Shown here: positions 27,201 through 39,000 of the stretch, piece after piece
Position numbering within the stretch: the first letter of the stretch is position 1
Layout of the letters: each line of letters begins with the position of its first letter
NCBI GenBank assembly: GCA_964187785.1
Contig: OZ076409.1
Span: forward strand, 4,900,001-4,964,000
Origin: Amphiscolops sp. MND2022
Taxonomy: Eukaryota
Reading direction: 5' to 3'
DNA length: 64,000 bases
The notes under the pieces: model-generated
What the model was told of the DNA's origin: nothing
The model's database searches: none
The model's input: the letters and a program-made list of their open reading frames with translations, nothing else
Position numbers and translations under genes: made by a program

Positions 27201-29011
27201 TCCGGCCCTTGAGTGACGAATACAAGCCACTTGTGTTTTTTTTGTACTCTCGAAGAAAGTTCAAAATTTGTTGTAAACGTCTCGTGCTTGTCTCATTGAA
27301 AGCGCAACTCAAATCTAAAGTCATTTTCTGGCTTGTGAATTGGTATCAACGGCGTGAGTGATTGTGAACTCACTACGACTCACAGAAGTGATTTCGACCA
27401 ACTTGAGACGTCCATATCTTGTGTTTGTCTTAAGGTTTCACCGAGACGAAAACTAGGAAAGTGGGACAAAACCCAGCTTTACGTGTTGGAAATCTGTGGA
27501 AAACCCCCTGGTGTGAAATCCTATTCGTGAATTTTTTGCTGTAGGTGCGAATTGCGGCCAATATCGAGTGTGCTGGGACCAGTTTTGGGAGTTGTTGCCG
27601 CACCTCATCGGAACGTTGGGACTACATTGCTCTGGACCACGAGAGTCTTTGGTTGCACGCAAAAAATCGAGTCAATTGAGATACGGTCATACGGAAAGCC
27701 TGTTCAGCATCTGCAACTCATTCAATAGTCTGAAGCCTGATTGGTGCTTATTGCAGTGCACCTGGCTATACGTAGTGGGGCCGCGTGGCTACTTTTGAGC
27801 CCGATCTTACGTTTCCAGTGTTGGCAGGAGCCACTTGAGTAATTTTCAAAAATAAATTGAAAGTTTCAAATTCGTTAAAAAACACTCTAGCTTGTGAATG
27901 GAGGTATTTATCCGCTTCTTGAGGTCATTTTTCCAACTTGTGTGACTGAACAAACAGACTGAGGAGTTTTCTACCCAGTACACGCCTGATAGGACTGACT
28001 TTGACTGTGCCCAGACCCGCATTTCGGCCAAAATCCCGAAAAACCGTCAGAAAAACGAATCATAATATCTTAGTACTCTCACTATACGGAAGGCAGAGAC
28101 CAAAAGCCTTTCATTTCTAACCGTACGTACCTATTAGATCTTCCAGGGTTCAAACAAGGCAAATCCTATATTTCACAAAAATAGCCGGCAGGGGTCATAT
28201 ATTTTGACTCAACTGGTACTTTGAAATTTGACTCTGATAAAGTCTCAATCGGGGGCTTTACGTGCCTGCGACGCACTTTTTACTAAATTTTTCAACGCGA
28301 ACATCTCTAGGCGTTACTTTGTGAGCCCAAACAGGGTTTCGAAAATACAAAAACCACCCTGAGGGATCCAACTTAACCAAAATCACGAGTTTTTGAGATG
28401 AGTCACCTTCTAGCGCCCAAAATTCGACCACGTTCCCCAAGTGTGAAATCCTTTTGACCATTCTGGTTCCCTAATTTGGTGTTATTGTGCAGTATCAAGC
28501 AGTGTGAGGACCAAATATCACGTCAGCTTTGCAGAGAATACTTTTGGGTAATTGCAACACACCCAAATTCATTGAAGTTTAGAGGTCAACAGACAGCTCG
28601 ACTGTTTGTTTCGTGTACACTATCCCCCACTACCGCAGCATTGTGCTCGAGCGCACAATTTTCCAGTCCGACGCATATCGTGAAATAAGGTGGGGCAATT
28701 TTCAGCACGCACGCTGTGACCACTAGAACTCATCTTGACTGTGCCCCTGAGACTAATTTTGGGTACAAAAACAGTTCCAGTCAAGCAGTTTCAACCTATC
28801 TGAAGCTGGAATGAATTTGTGGAAGGTCCTAGACAGCTTCCGTTCCTTTTTCAAGGGGGAAAAGGGTGTCAGTGCAGCACCACCAATAGCTGAACCCGTC
28901 TTGAAAGCAGAAAGTGAATCTCGGTAAATGAACATGGCCGATCAACCAAATTAGAGGACTGGCCATTGGAGAACGAACAGTTTCAATGTTTTACCCGACT
29001 TTCTAGACTCA

Positions 29012-30340
29012 ATGTCAGGTAAATCGCACGTTACCGAGCCAGAGGGGATGAAAAGGGCTTCCAGTCCTAGTTCAGTATCGTCGTCGAGAATGTCCTCTCT
29101 CTTTGAAACCAGTTTTCACACTTATGAGGCAGTGAACCAAAAGCTAGAGATCCTAGAGCAACAGATGGATGAGTTATCAATCTCGTTCACACAAAGCGAT
29201 CTACGTAGAGAGAACATCCTAGCTCGAGCGCTAGTGCAATTGCAGTCGATAAGTGCAGCAGTACACTTCGAAAGTGCCACTATCAATTTTCAAAACGACT
29301 CAGAAGTAGAACCAATGACACCGCCTACAAAAGATATAGACCCAATGTTTTTGGACACTACAACCATGAGCATCACTGATACGTTACCTCTTTATCAGAC
29401 CAATGATTATGGATTGCTCGAGGGCAATCCCTGCTCAAGTGATACGAAAGATGAACTGATAACAACCTCATCAATGCTGGAGGAGAGGGTACCCACAACT
29501 CCTAATTCTTGCTCTGCAACAAATTGCGGAACGAGGAATCTATCTGGCAATGCTGTGTTGGAAGCTGAAAAAACACCAACACCAAACATCCTTCAAAACC
29601 AATCGACAACACCAATGGATTCGGTTTGCGACTCTGACTTCCCTGGAACAAAGTCCTCATTATCAATTTCGTGGTTGCTGCCAGATCTGTTGAAAGAATC
29701 TATCGAGCCAGGTTCTGCCAAACATGGTCTACAGGATTTTCTTTTGGCAAACCCACCAATCTTTATCCCCTGGTTGCCTAGTTGTTCAACTAAGACTCGA
29801 CCAGCTGGACACAGACGTGGTCGACCACCGCGCACTTCCGGTAAACACACATGGCAAGCAGTGCTGTTATACCTTCATGATGGAGGTCGCCGCGGTCGTC
29901 CACCACGCCCAGTTTGTCTATTAACATGGTCACAACGACCAAAGGAACATAGGCGTGGCCGTCCTCCGAACAACTCTCCCAGTCGTGAGACAGACTCAGT
30001 CTCCACAATTTTTTTATCAGATTTCCGGATGATTCATACTTGTTGCATGTCCTGCTGCTATCGGATAATAATGTCAATCCACAGACCAAACCACACCACT
30101 TCTTTTCAAGGGGTGAGGAGGTGTCGTCAACGCTTAAACTATCCTTCTGCATTTTTGTGTCGGGCATTCAATTTTGTCTATTCATCACTTTTCTCATGTG
30201 GACGAAGGTGCCAAACGATTAAGGCCCGGGGGTCGATTAAGGCCCCAGTGGAGGGTAATAATACCCCCGTCAAGCTCAATTGCAACGGACAACGCCCTGA
30301 GTACTTCACTACGTTTGGTAATGGACACTCGGCAGTGTGA
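29012..30340 (+). CDS. 442-aa ORF of unknown function inside long-LTR element; N-terminal coiled-coil-like segment, three RRGRPP motifs
   Basis: long uninterrupted ATG ORF in otherwise closed sequence; no known domain recognised. Confidence 0.5.
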   Translation: MSGKSHVTEPEGMKRASSPSSVSSSRMSSLFETSFHTYEAVNQKLEILEQQMDELSISFTQSDLRRENILARALVQLQSISAAVHFESATINFQNDSEVEPMTPPTKDIDPMFLDTTTMSITDTLPLYQTNDYGLLEGNPCSSDTKDELITTSSMLEERVPTTPNSCSATNCGTRNLSGNAVLEAEKTPTPNILQNQSTTPMDSVCDSDFPGTKSSLSISWLLPDLLKESIEPGSAKHGLQDFLLANPPIFIPWLPSCSTKTRPAGHRRGRPPRTSGKHTWQAVLLYLHDGGRRGRPPRPVCLLTWSQRPKEHRRGRPPNNSPSRETDSVSTIFLSDFRMIHTCCMSCCYRIIMSIHRPNHTTSFQGVRRCRQRLNYPSAFLCRAFNFVYSSLFSCGRRCQTIKARGSIKAPVEGNNTPVKLNCNGQRPEYFTTFGNGHSAV

Positions 30341-31442
30341 CGCTCCCATTCAAGCAGCTATTTCTTCAAAGCTTTAGTTTTAGTCATGTAAACGTCGTCA
30401 AATTTTTGTTTCTTTGCTTCTTCGAGCATTTTGACAAAAAATACTTCTATAAACTCATGAAATAACACAAAAACTCTACATGTATCGGTTCGCTTGAAAG
30501 GTACTATTTCTGTTTTTGTGTAGTTTTCACAAGGTTTCCAGTAGTTTCCTTCAAATTTCAACGTGATATCGTGATATCCAGAAAAAATGTGGAGCTCGCG
30601 CGCTCCAGGTATCTGAATTGCAGTTTTATGTCTATCTTTGTCTCTTTTACTCCACTGCTTACTCGTATGAGCAGTTCGTAGTTTGCTTTTGATGCGCTCT
30701 TTAACATATGCTACTGAACTCTATTCAGTAATGGAGCTGCACATCAGTGCGTGTTGCCCAAACCACGCCGAACTGTTAACAAAAAAATATCCGGGAAACA
30801 GCTTGTCTTCATTTTTAAACTGGTTTTCCGCAGAAAAGAAATTTTATGTAAACATCTTTTAACCTTGCTTCAAACTGAGATTTTACTGTCGTGGAAAAGA
30901 AATTTTTGCAGAAATCACGTGTGCTTCGGAGCTTGAGGGCTCCGTAAAAGAGATTTTAGATGTCAAAAAACATTGTGCTAGAAAGATCTTGTTCAACTTT
31001 GGTGCAGAAAACCCGTGCTAACACCGTGGTGCGTTCTTGATTGAGGTATGGAGTTTTGGTTTTGATCAATTTCAACGTGCATTTTTGAGTACTTGTCTTC
31101 TAGCTCGAGAGCTGGCTCTGTTTCAACAGTTTGTGGACGATGCAGTTTTCCAGGATAGCAAGAAGCCAGACCTCAAGAATGCCCGATCAGCGAAAGATGA
31201 CAGTGCCACTGGACTCTTGCAACGTCGCTAGTTTGAGATGCCAGTGAATTGCAAAGATGATGTGGAGATTGTTTCAATGCCAGCTTCTCCGCATGACAGG
31301 GACGTCAAGCCTAAGGCCCGGGGAGTGATGTAACGGGACCCGCTGAAACAGCAAAATGAACCAATTTTGGAAGTTGGACATGTTCAGAAATTTTGTCAAA
31401 AATTCAAATTCGATCTCTGACGTGGCACTGAGCATGTGATTG

Positions 31443-31979
31443 GGTATATGCCCTTTTTGCCTGTAACCATTTTGCCGAATCGCACTTTGCCGAAAGCATG
31501 GGACGTTTTGCCGAATTTTTTTTTGGTTAAGTGGTCATCAAAATTCTGCAAAGTGGGCAACCAGTTGTCTACATCTGCAAAAACAGACTTCTAAAGCTAT
31601 AAAGTGATTCAAAGTATAAAACGTGTCGCGGATATGTCCCCATTTCCTCTAGTGCCCAGCGGCCACCTTAGGTCCGCTTATGTTCCCATCTTGCTAAGCG
31701 AGGTCGAACAGGAGCAAAGACCTAGCGGGAACAAAGATCGCGAAGCGATCGTAGTGGGAGCTGGTCTTTGCGACGGTGAGGGCGAGCGTGCATACATCGG
31801 ATATGCCGCACATTGTATTTTCGCTCTCAAAAAGTCTGTTTTTGCAGATGTAGACAACTGCCTTGCCCACTTTGCCGAATTTCGATGCCCACTTTGCCGA
31901 AACAAAATTCGGCAAATGGCAAAGTAGGGACACTTTGCCGAATTCGGCAAAATGGGTATCGGCAATTTTTCCCATATTC
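31443..31979. mobile_element. Foldback/MITE with TTTGCCGAA repeats and shared GC-rich core (31628-31810)
   Basis: 8-bp TSD TGTGATTG (31435-31442, 31980-31987); empty site visible in 5' LTR at ~24368. Confidence 0.88.
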
Positions 31980-33452
31980 TGTGATTGCTCTTTTCGCTGT
32001 TTCTACCGATTTGACAGGTACTTCGGCAACAAAGAGCAAGAACGAGCAAAAACAAGGGTACGGCCATGACAGATGGTATCTCGCCATGACAGAAGCCGGA
32101 GAGCTTAAAAAACTTCTGAAAACAGACTCTTTTTGTGGTGCTTACCCCGGTTTTCATTGATTTCAGCATAATGCTACCCTTTGTAGCAGAAACCGGTAAA
32201 ATGAGTCTTTTTCCTAAATTGTACTTGTTTCGTGCTTGGAGCCCCTGCGCCCCAGCTTGTAGCTCTGTGGTTTGCCAGTCCCATGTGTGCTTTGATGTAC
32301 TTTTGCTGGATTTAACCGTTTGAACTAGCTCGAACGCTAGTTGGGGCAATTTTAGATGTTATTCCCCATTTTAGATTTTTTTCCGATATCAGATGGAAAA
32401 TGGAAATTTACACTGTTTATCTTTGGCATTGCTTTTAAATGCTGTCTAAACGGTGGTCCGAGGCGAAGGTCCGAGACGGATGCCCGTTATTGTCAGCAGT
32501 TAGAGACTGGGACCAGGCCAGAGAGCATCCTATAAGACGGTTCCTCACCCTGGGACTGGCTCCCTTGGAGGCAAAAGCTAGGGCCGTGGAGATCCAAGTC
32601 CCGGATCATGTTATGAATGTAATATATATATGTATATATATAAAACGAGGGCTACAACGGAATTGTGAAGAAAGCAGTTCAGTGCCTGCTACACTCCACA
32701 AACCGCCCACTAACTGACTGGGAAAGTGTCCTACCATCAGCGCTCTCGTCGATTCGGACACTTATCAATACCGTCACCAAGGAGAGCCCCCATGATCGCT
32801 TCTTCTGTTTCAAACGCGGCGAGCCGCTGATCCGCCCCTCCAGTAGCGCACCTTGGCTCAGAGCAGACGCTCCCGCGTACATCCGGAAATTTGTGAGGGC
32901 GAAAGACCAAGCTCCCGTTCTGCCTGTACAGATATCCGAAGTCATCTCCCCTCACCTTGCACGAGTCTCCTTTGGCGATGGGCGAGCTGACACTGTTTCT
33001 ACAAGTGACCTCTCTCGACGACCTCCGGATAATGACAATGAAGGAACGACCTCACAACCAGGAGGTCAATACAAAGACAAGGAGGCCGATGTAGACATCA
33101 GAACATCGGGTCCTGACATCAGAACCGAATGTGAACCACCTAAATCTGTGGGACCAATAAAGGAGTCTCAATTCAGCCCGGACTCTCCCGCTCCCACCTT
33201 GCGACGCTCGGCTAGGAACAGGAAACCTCCTACATACCTAGGCGACTTTGTGTCGGCTATGAACTAGAGACTTTCGAAGCGGGAAGGAGTGTTATGAATG
33301 TAATATATGTAGTTATTAATACTGTTATATAATGTCGTTGTGTTGTTTATGTTAACCTAATTGTTGTATGTATACTTCAGATGAATGTTTATCGAATAGA
33401 AACTTCCTGCAAGTAGTGTTTTCCCCCTCGACAATTCTATTCGATACTCCTC

Positions 33453-34019
33453 ATGCGTTATCACCTCTTCAAGACCTCGCACACTCGTAACCTGGTTATT
33501 ACTGATTCACAAGGAAGGAACCTGACGTTCCCTAACTTCAATATTCTCGTCCTACCAGGTGCCCGAGTTGGAGACGTGAGACCTTTCTTACCTGCAAAAT
33601 GTCGAATTGATCTGATTGTACTCTTCATCGGAGGCAACGACTTACCAACCGACAGCACTCGAACTGTTGCCAGGAACATCTCTGACCTTGCCGTAGCAGC
33701 ATCTGAAGTTGCACTCAGAGTCTTCGTTATCGCGGTTCCTCCTCGGCTAGACATTCCTGACCAGGCCAAGGCCTTGAATCGTTTCCTAGAAGACAACAAC
33801 GATCGCCGTTGGCTTTACAGATGCATATCTCGAAGCATCTGCAGCGCCGAAAAACACACTACCCGAGACGACATCCACCTAGAGCCTAGGGCCATTAGTG
33901 GAAATCCCTCCATCTTGAAAAACCAAGTACTTCGGAAAGCCGTCTGCCCCCAGATCGACAAACAAGGTCACCCCCGAACATACGAGTGCCCTCGAGGTCA
34001 TTGCGCCTGCCCGCGCTAA
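33453..34019 (+). CDS. SGNH/GDSL hydrolase-like ORF (188 aa) between 5' LTR and gag
   Basis: block I LVITDSQG, block II LPGA, block III FIGGNDL, block V DDIHL; intact ATG-to-stop. Confidence 0.85.
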   Translation: MRYHLFKTSHTRNLVITDSQGRNLTFPNFNILVLPGARVGDVRPFLPAKCRIDLIVLFIGGNDLPTDSTRTVARNISDLAVAASEVALRVFVIAVPPRLDIPDQAKALNRFLEDNNDRRWLYRCISRSICSAEKHTTRDDIHLEPRAISGNPSILKNQVLRKAVCPQIDKQGHPRTYECPRGHCACPR

Positions 34020-34181
34020 GTCACGTAAACTGGACGTGTCTTCAGGTGGGCGACTTTTCTGTTTAAGCTACTACGGTACTTCTTCAAGTTCCTCGTAGCT
34101 ATCGACCATTCCGCTACTACGGTACTTCCTTAAGTTCCTCGTAGGAATTGTCTATGCGCTGTATTCCCTCTTCCGACGCCC

Positions 34182-34980
34182 ATGAAGTTCAAACCACCCG
34201 ACTTGCCATCAAATCCTTCTCCCGAGAAATGGAAATGGTGGAAGAAATGTTTCGAGGACGGCTTACGCATCAATGGCACAATCGAAGATGCTGACAAATT
34301 AGTTTTTCTTCGTACATTTGTCGGCTCCGACTATTTCACTCTCCTCGAAAGCTCTGCAACGTTTGCAGACGCCCTGAGAACATTGGACAGACAGTTTCTG
34401 AAGCCCACGAGAGTGCTCTTTGCCCGTCATCAAATGCTCAGTGCCAGTCAAAAGGACGACGAATCTGTCGTACAGTTTTCAGGAAGGATAAAACGTCTTG
34501 TTGAAGACTGCGAATGCACCAGCTCGACCGTCTAAGCACATAAAGACTATCTAGTACGAGACTTTTTAATATCAGGGCTCAGGTCTAACGACATTCGGGC
34601 AAAACTATTGGAACAAGAAGGCTCCAAGGCCGACATTGATAGCTGCATTACGTTTGCTTGTGCTATCGAACTATCCAGTGACTTTTCCAAATCTTTCAGA
34701 AGTACCGAATCTTCAACTGTAGCAGCAACCAAGCCGTTCTCCCAGACAACTCGACGGCAACCTGATCGGCCCGGCAACTCCGCTGCCTAACAGGTTTCGA
34801 ACAAGCCTCGTCCACGCTGTCAGTTCTGCGGTCTAAAACAGCATCCACGCTCAGGGTTCCCAGCCAAAAAGGACACTTGTCACAAATGCTCGAAAGCAGG
34901 ACACTGGGCTTCGGTATGTAGATCGACCGCTGCTGTCTTACAACAGTCATCTGATGATGAACCCGAGACTGCCGCCGTTT
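34182..34980 (+). pseudogene. gag (premature stop 34533-34535, later frameshift)
   Basis: WKWWKKCFEDGL, ARHQMLSASQKDDESVVQF..RIKRLVEDC, CHKCSKAGHWASVC knuckle ~34877-34920. Confidence 0.88.
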
Positions 34981-37795
34981 TGTGCAGTACTGGCATATCC
35001 CCTGCCACTCTGAATGTCAGCCTCAAATTTGCCGGAAGCAATGAACAAGTTCAAGCAAGGATTGATACCGGGTCCACGGGCTCCTTTATCAGCGCCTCAA
35101 CAGCTGCCAAATATGGCCTGAATGTCAGCGCGAAGCGCAAGGTCACTGCCTTGGCAAATGGCGATTCTCTGATTACGTCAGGCACCGCTAAAGCTAAAAT
35201 TGAGGTAAACCAAAAGACCTATCAAGTTCTCTTCACTGTCGCAAAATACCTCGTTGCGGATGTTATTCTCGGGCTTGACGTTCTCCGACAACATCACTCT
35301 GTGAGACTGGAATTAGGCGGTGATCGACCAGAGACGGTTATATCTGCCGGGCTCAAGGAATTAGAGTTCCTGGCGATGAAAATCGCCCCTCCGACCATAC
35401 TTTCCAAAACAGTTTATAGTGCCAAATTGATTGCTACAAAATCGCGTCGTCACAAACCGCAAGACGTCGCCTTCATGGATTCAGAAGTTAATCGAATGCT
35501 CGCTGAAGGCATAATCCAAGTTTCCACGTCTCTCTGGCGGGCTCAAGCCTTTGTCGTTAGGGACGGACCCAAGCCACGGATGGTGATTGACTATTCTCAG
35601 ACAATTAATCGTCATACGTCCAAAGACGCCTTCCCCTTTCCAAACATGCAAGACCTGTTGGACCAAGCAGCCGAGAACACTACTTTTTCGAAAATCGATT
35701 TGAAGTCTGCGTATCATCAAATTCCCCTCCATCGCAAGGACATGTCATTCACCGCGTTTGAAGTGAACGGACGACTTTTCGAGTTCACAAGACTTCCCTT
35801 TGGCGTCACGAACGCTGTAGCGGCATTTCAACGAGAAATGACAGCCTTTGTGCGCCGGCACAACCTGAAGCGAACGCACCCATTTCTTGACGATGTGATC
35901 ATCGGAGGCAGATCCGAGGAGGAACACCAAGAGAATCTGAAGAACTTCCTGAAAGCGGCCGAGATTGAGCGTCTGACACTGAACAAAGCTAAGTGCGTTT
36001 TTGACTGTAAGACAGTACTAATGCTCGGTCACATCGTGGGAGCTGGGTCTAAACCCCCCGATCCGAGCCGAATCAAGACACTGATGGATTTCCCGATCCC
36101 CGAAAACTCGTCACAGGTGGAACGCCTTCTTGAGTTCTTTGCGTACAACGCAAAGTGGATTGCAGACTACTCAAATAAGGTTGCTCCCCTGCTCGCAGCA
36201 CAGAAACAACTGGCCTTTCCGCTCAATCAAGCTTCTCGGCTGGCTATCGCAACCCTCAAGAAAGAAGTTGCCTCTGCCGTACTCTGGCTGCCCCGGGCAA
36301 ACGAGCCTCTCGTTCTCCAAACCGATGCATCCGGAACCGGTATCGGAGCGACACTCACTCAAAACGACAAACCTGTCGGTTTCTTCTCGAGAACTCTTAA
36401 TCATAGCGAAATGGCGTACTCGGTGGTTGAAAGGGAAGCTATGGCTATCTTGGAAGGCTTCCGCCGTTTCTCAGACCTGTTAGGGACGTCATGGGTTCTA
36501 GTTCGCACCGATCTAAAGGCCCTCTCTTTCATATTTGGACCCAACTCTTCCAGAGTAAAGAATGACAAACTGATTCGCTGGCGTCTGGAACATTCGGAAT
36601 ACAACTTCGAGATAAGCTACCAGAGAGGTTGTCAGAACGTGTCAGCTGACGCCCTGTCTCGATTAGCGTCCCTACAGCCCAGCTGTAAAACCCTACACGA
36701 GACACTTGCGCATCCAGGAGTGACCCGACTGTACGAATACATTCAAAGACACAAAGTCCCAATATCTTTAGATGAGGCGAAAAGGTTACCGAAAACTGCA
36801 AAACGTGCGCTCTATGGAAACCGCGCTTTTTGCGACCAGCCGGCAGCGATCTTATTCGATCCTCCAAACCTTGGGAGCGACTATCAATCGACATTGTTGG
36901 CCCCAAACCAATGACTAGAAAGAAAAACTAATACCTTCTCACAGTGGTGGATGAGTTTAGTAGGTTTCCTTTCGCCTTCCCTCTCCGGAACATCACGTCT
37001 AGTAGCGTCATCAAGTGTCTTTCAACACTTTTTGCCATCTTCGGAACACCTGGGTTCATTCACTCTGACCAGGGCACACAGTTCGTCTCATCGGAATTCC
37101 AAAACTTCTGCCGCCAAAATGGAGTTGCGACCTCCAAAACTACGCCCTACCACCCTCAGGGCAATGGCCAAAACGAGGGCTACAACGGAATTGTGAAGAA
37201 AGCAGTTCAGTGCCTGCTACACTCCACAAACCGGCCACTAACTGACTGGGAAAGTGTCCTACCATCAGCGCTCTCGTCGATTCGGACACTTATCAATACC
37301 GTCACCAAGGAGAGCCCCCATGATCGCTTCTTCTGTTTCAAACGCGGCGAGCCGCTGATCCGTCCCTCCAGTAGCGCACCTTGGCTCAGAGCAGACGCTC
37401 CCGCGTACATCCGGAAATTTGTGAGGGCGAAAGACCAAGCTCCCGTTCTGCCTGTACAGATATCCGAAGTCATCTCCCCTCACCTTGCACGAGTCTCCTT
37501 TGGCGATGGGCGAGCTGACACTGTTTCTACAAGTGACCTCTCTCGACGACCTCCGGATAATGACAATGAAGGAACGACCTCACAACCAGGAGGTCAATAC
37601 AAAGACAAGGAGGCCGATGTAGACATCAGAACATCGGGTCCTGACATCAGAACCGAATGTGAACCACCTAAATCTGTGGGACCAATAAAGGAGTCTCAAT
37701 TCAGCCCGGACTCTCCCGCTCCCACCTTGCGACGCTCGGCTAGGAACAGGAAACCTCCTACATACCTAGGCGACTTTGTGTCGGCTATGAACTAG
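34980..37795 (+). pseudogene. pol: protease-RT-RNase H-integrase, disrupted near 36780-36930
   Basis: IDTGS, SKIDLKSAYHQI, LPFGVTNA, FLDDVII, LQTDASGTGIGA, HETLAHPG, VDEFSRFPFA, IHSDQGTQF. Confidence 0.95.
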
Positions 37796-37975
37796 AGACT
37801 TTCGAAGCGGGAAGGAGTGTTATGAATGTAATATATGTAGTTATTAATACTGTTATATAATGTCGTTGTGTTATTTATGTTAACCTAATTGTTGTATGTA
37901 TACTTCAGATGAATGCTTATCGAATAGAAACTTCCTGCAAGTAGTGTTTTCCCCCACGACAGATCATGTTCACGG

Positions 37976-38790
37976 GGCGGGCGGGAATAACGTCTAAGGA
38001 ATAACGTCTAAATTGAAAACGGGAATAACGTCTAAATTTAAATCATTTTTCGGGAATAACGTCTAAAGTTTTAGACGTTATTCCCGTTTTTTTAGACGTT
38101 ATTCCCGTTTTTTAGACGTTATTCCTGTTTTGAAAGTTGAACTTTCTGAAATCAAAAAAAACAAATTTCTGAATATTTTCACAACAAATGGCCGGCACAA
38201 AAATGGGTCCTGGCAAGTGTATCATTGTCTACGGTACCCTTAATTCGAACAACAACAATTCATAGTTATTTATTTTTCCCACTTAATGTGGGGGCGTTTT
38301 CGGTGTATGCACGCTCGCTCTCACCGTCGCAAAGACCAGCTCCCACTACGATCGCTTCGCGATCTCCGTTCCTGCTAGGTCTTTGCTCCTGTTCGACCTC
38401 GCTTAGCAAGATGGGAACATAAGCGGCCCCAAGGGGCCGCGGGGTACTAGAGGAAATGGGGACATATCCGAGACATGTTTTATACTTTGAATCACTTCAT
38501 AGCATCAGATCTTAATTGACCTGAATTTTTTCAAATTTAGACGCTATTCCCGTTTTTCGGACGTATTTCGACAAATTTTCTGTATTTTAGTCGTTTTTCT
38601 GTAATTAAGACGTTATTCCCGTTTTCAGGTTTAGACGTTATTCCTCTTTTTAGACGTTATTCCTCTGTTTAGACGTTGTTCCCGTTTTTTTAGACGTTAT
38701 TCCCTAATATTTCAATTTAGATGTTATTCCTTTAGACGTTATTCCCGGTGGACCTTTAGACGTTATTCCTTAGACGTTATTCCCTCCTCT
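37976..38790. mobile_element. Foldback (Mutator-like) element with GAATAACGTCTAA arrays and shared GC-rich core (38300-38480)
   Basis: 9-10-bp TSD (A)TGTTCACGG at 37966-37975 and 38791-38800; inverted terminal arrays. Confidence 0.85.
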
Positions 38791-38853
38791 ATGTTCACGG
38801 TTCTAGTTCCTCCACCTCTTGTTTCGGTCAAACGCTTAGCGCTTACCGTTACA

Positions 38854-39000
38854 TGCTCTTTCGTTCGCACGACGATCAAGGAGCTGGCAGCTTTTTGAAG
38901 CAACGGATTTCAATGGCTCTTCAGATCGGCAATGTGGCCTGTGTTCTAGGCCTGCGACAGGGATGTGTTCAAACAATTTTATTACATCTAGCTTATTTTT
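38854..39000 (+). mobile_element. CRE-type element, 3' end
   Basis: GSFLKQRISMALQIGNVACVLG; matches 10050-10190. Confidence 0.85.

Larger units (their letters stand above)
32609..37961 (+). mobile_element. Young Ty3/Gypsy LTR retrotransposon with partial tandem duplication; full LTRs 33290-33433 and 37818-37961
   Basis: 144-bp TG..CA LTRs with 3 differences; PPT GAAGCGGGAAGGAG; perfect TSD GATCA (32604-32608, 37962-37966). Confidence 0.97.
24262..38853 (+). mobile_element. Long-LTR element without recognisable gag/pol (LARD-like); 5' LTR 24262-25041, 3' LTR 31329-38853 interrupted by three insertions
   Basis: ~780-bp direct repeats with TGTAACGG...CCGTTACA termini; TGG after 5' LTR; purine tract AAGGCCCGGGGAGTGA before 3' LTR; TSD TTCTC/TGCTC. 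Confidence 0.85.

Noticed and set aside
31678..32349. 223-aa minus-strand ORF
   Set aside because: Runs across the junction between an LTR and an inserted MITE; chance open frame
37981..38785. GAATAACGTCTAA repeats with short variable gaps, CRISPR-like or iteron-like
   Set aside because: Occur in both orientations as subterminal arrays of a TSD-flanked foldback element
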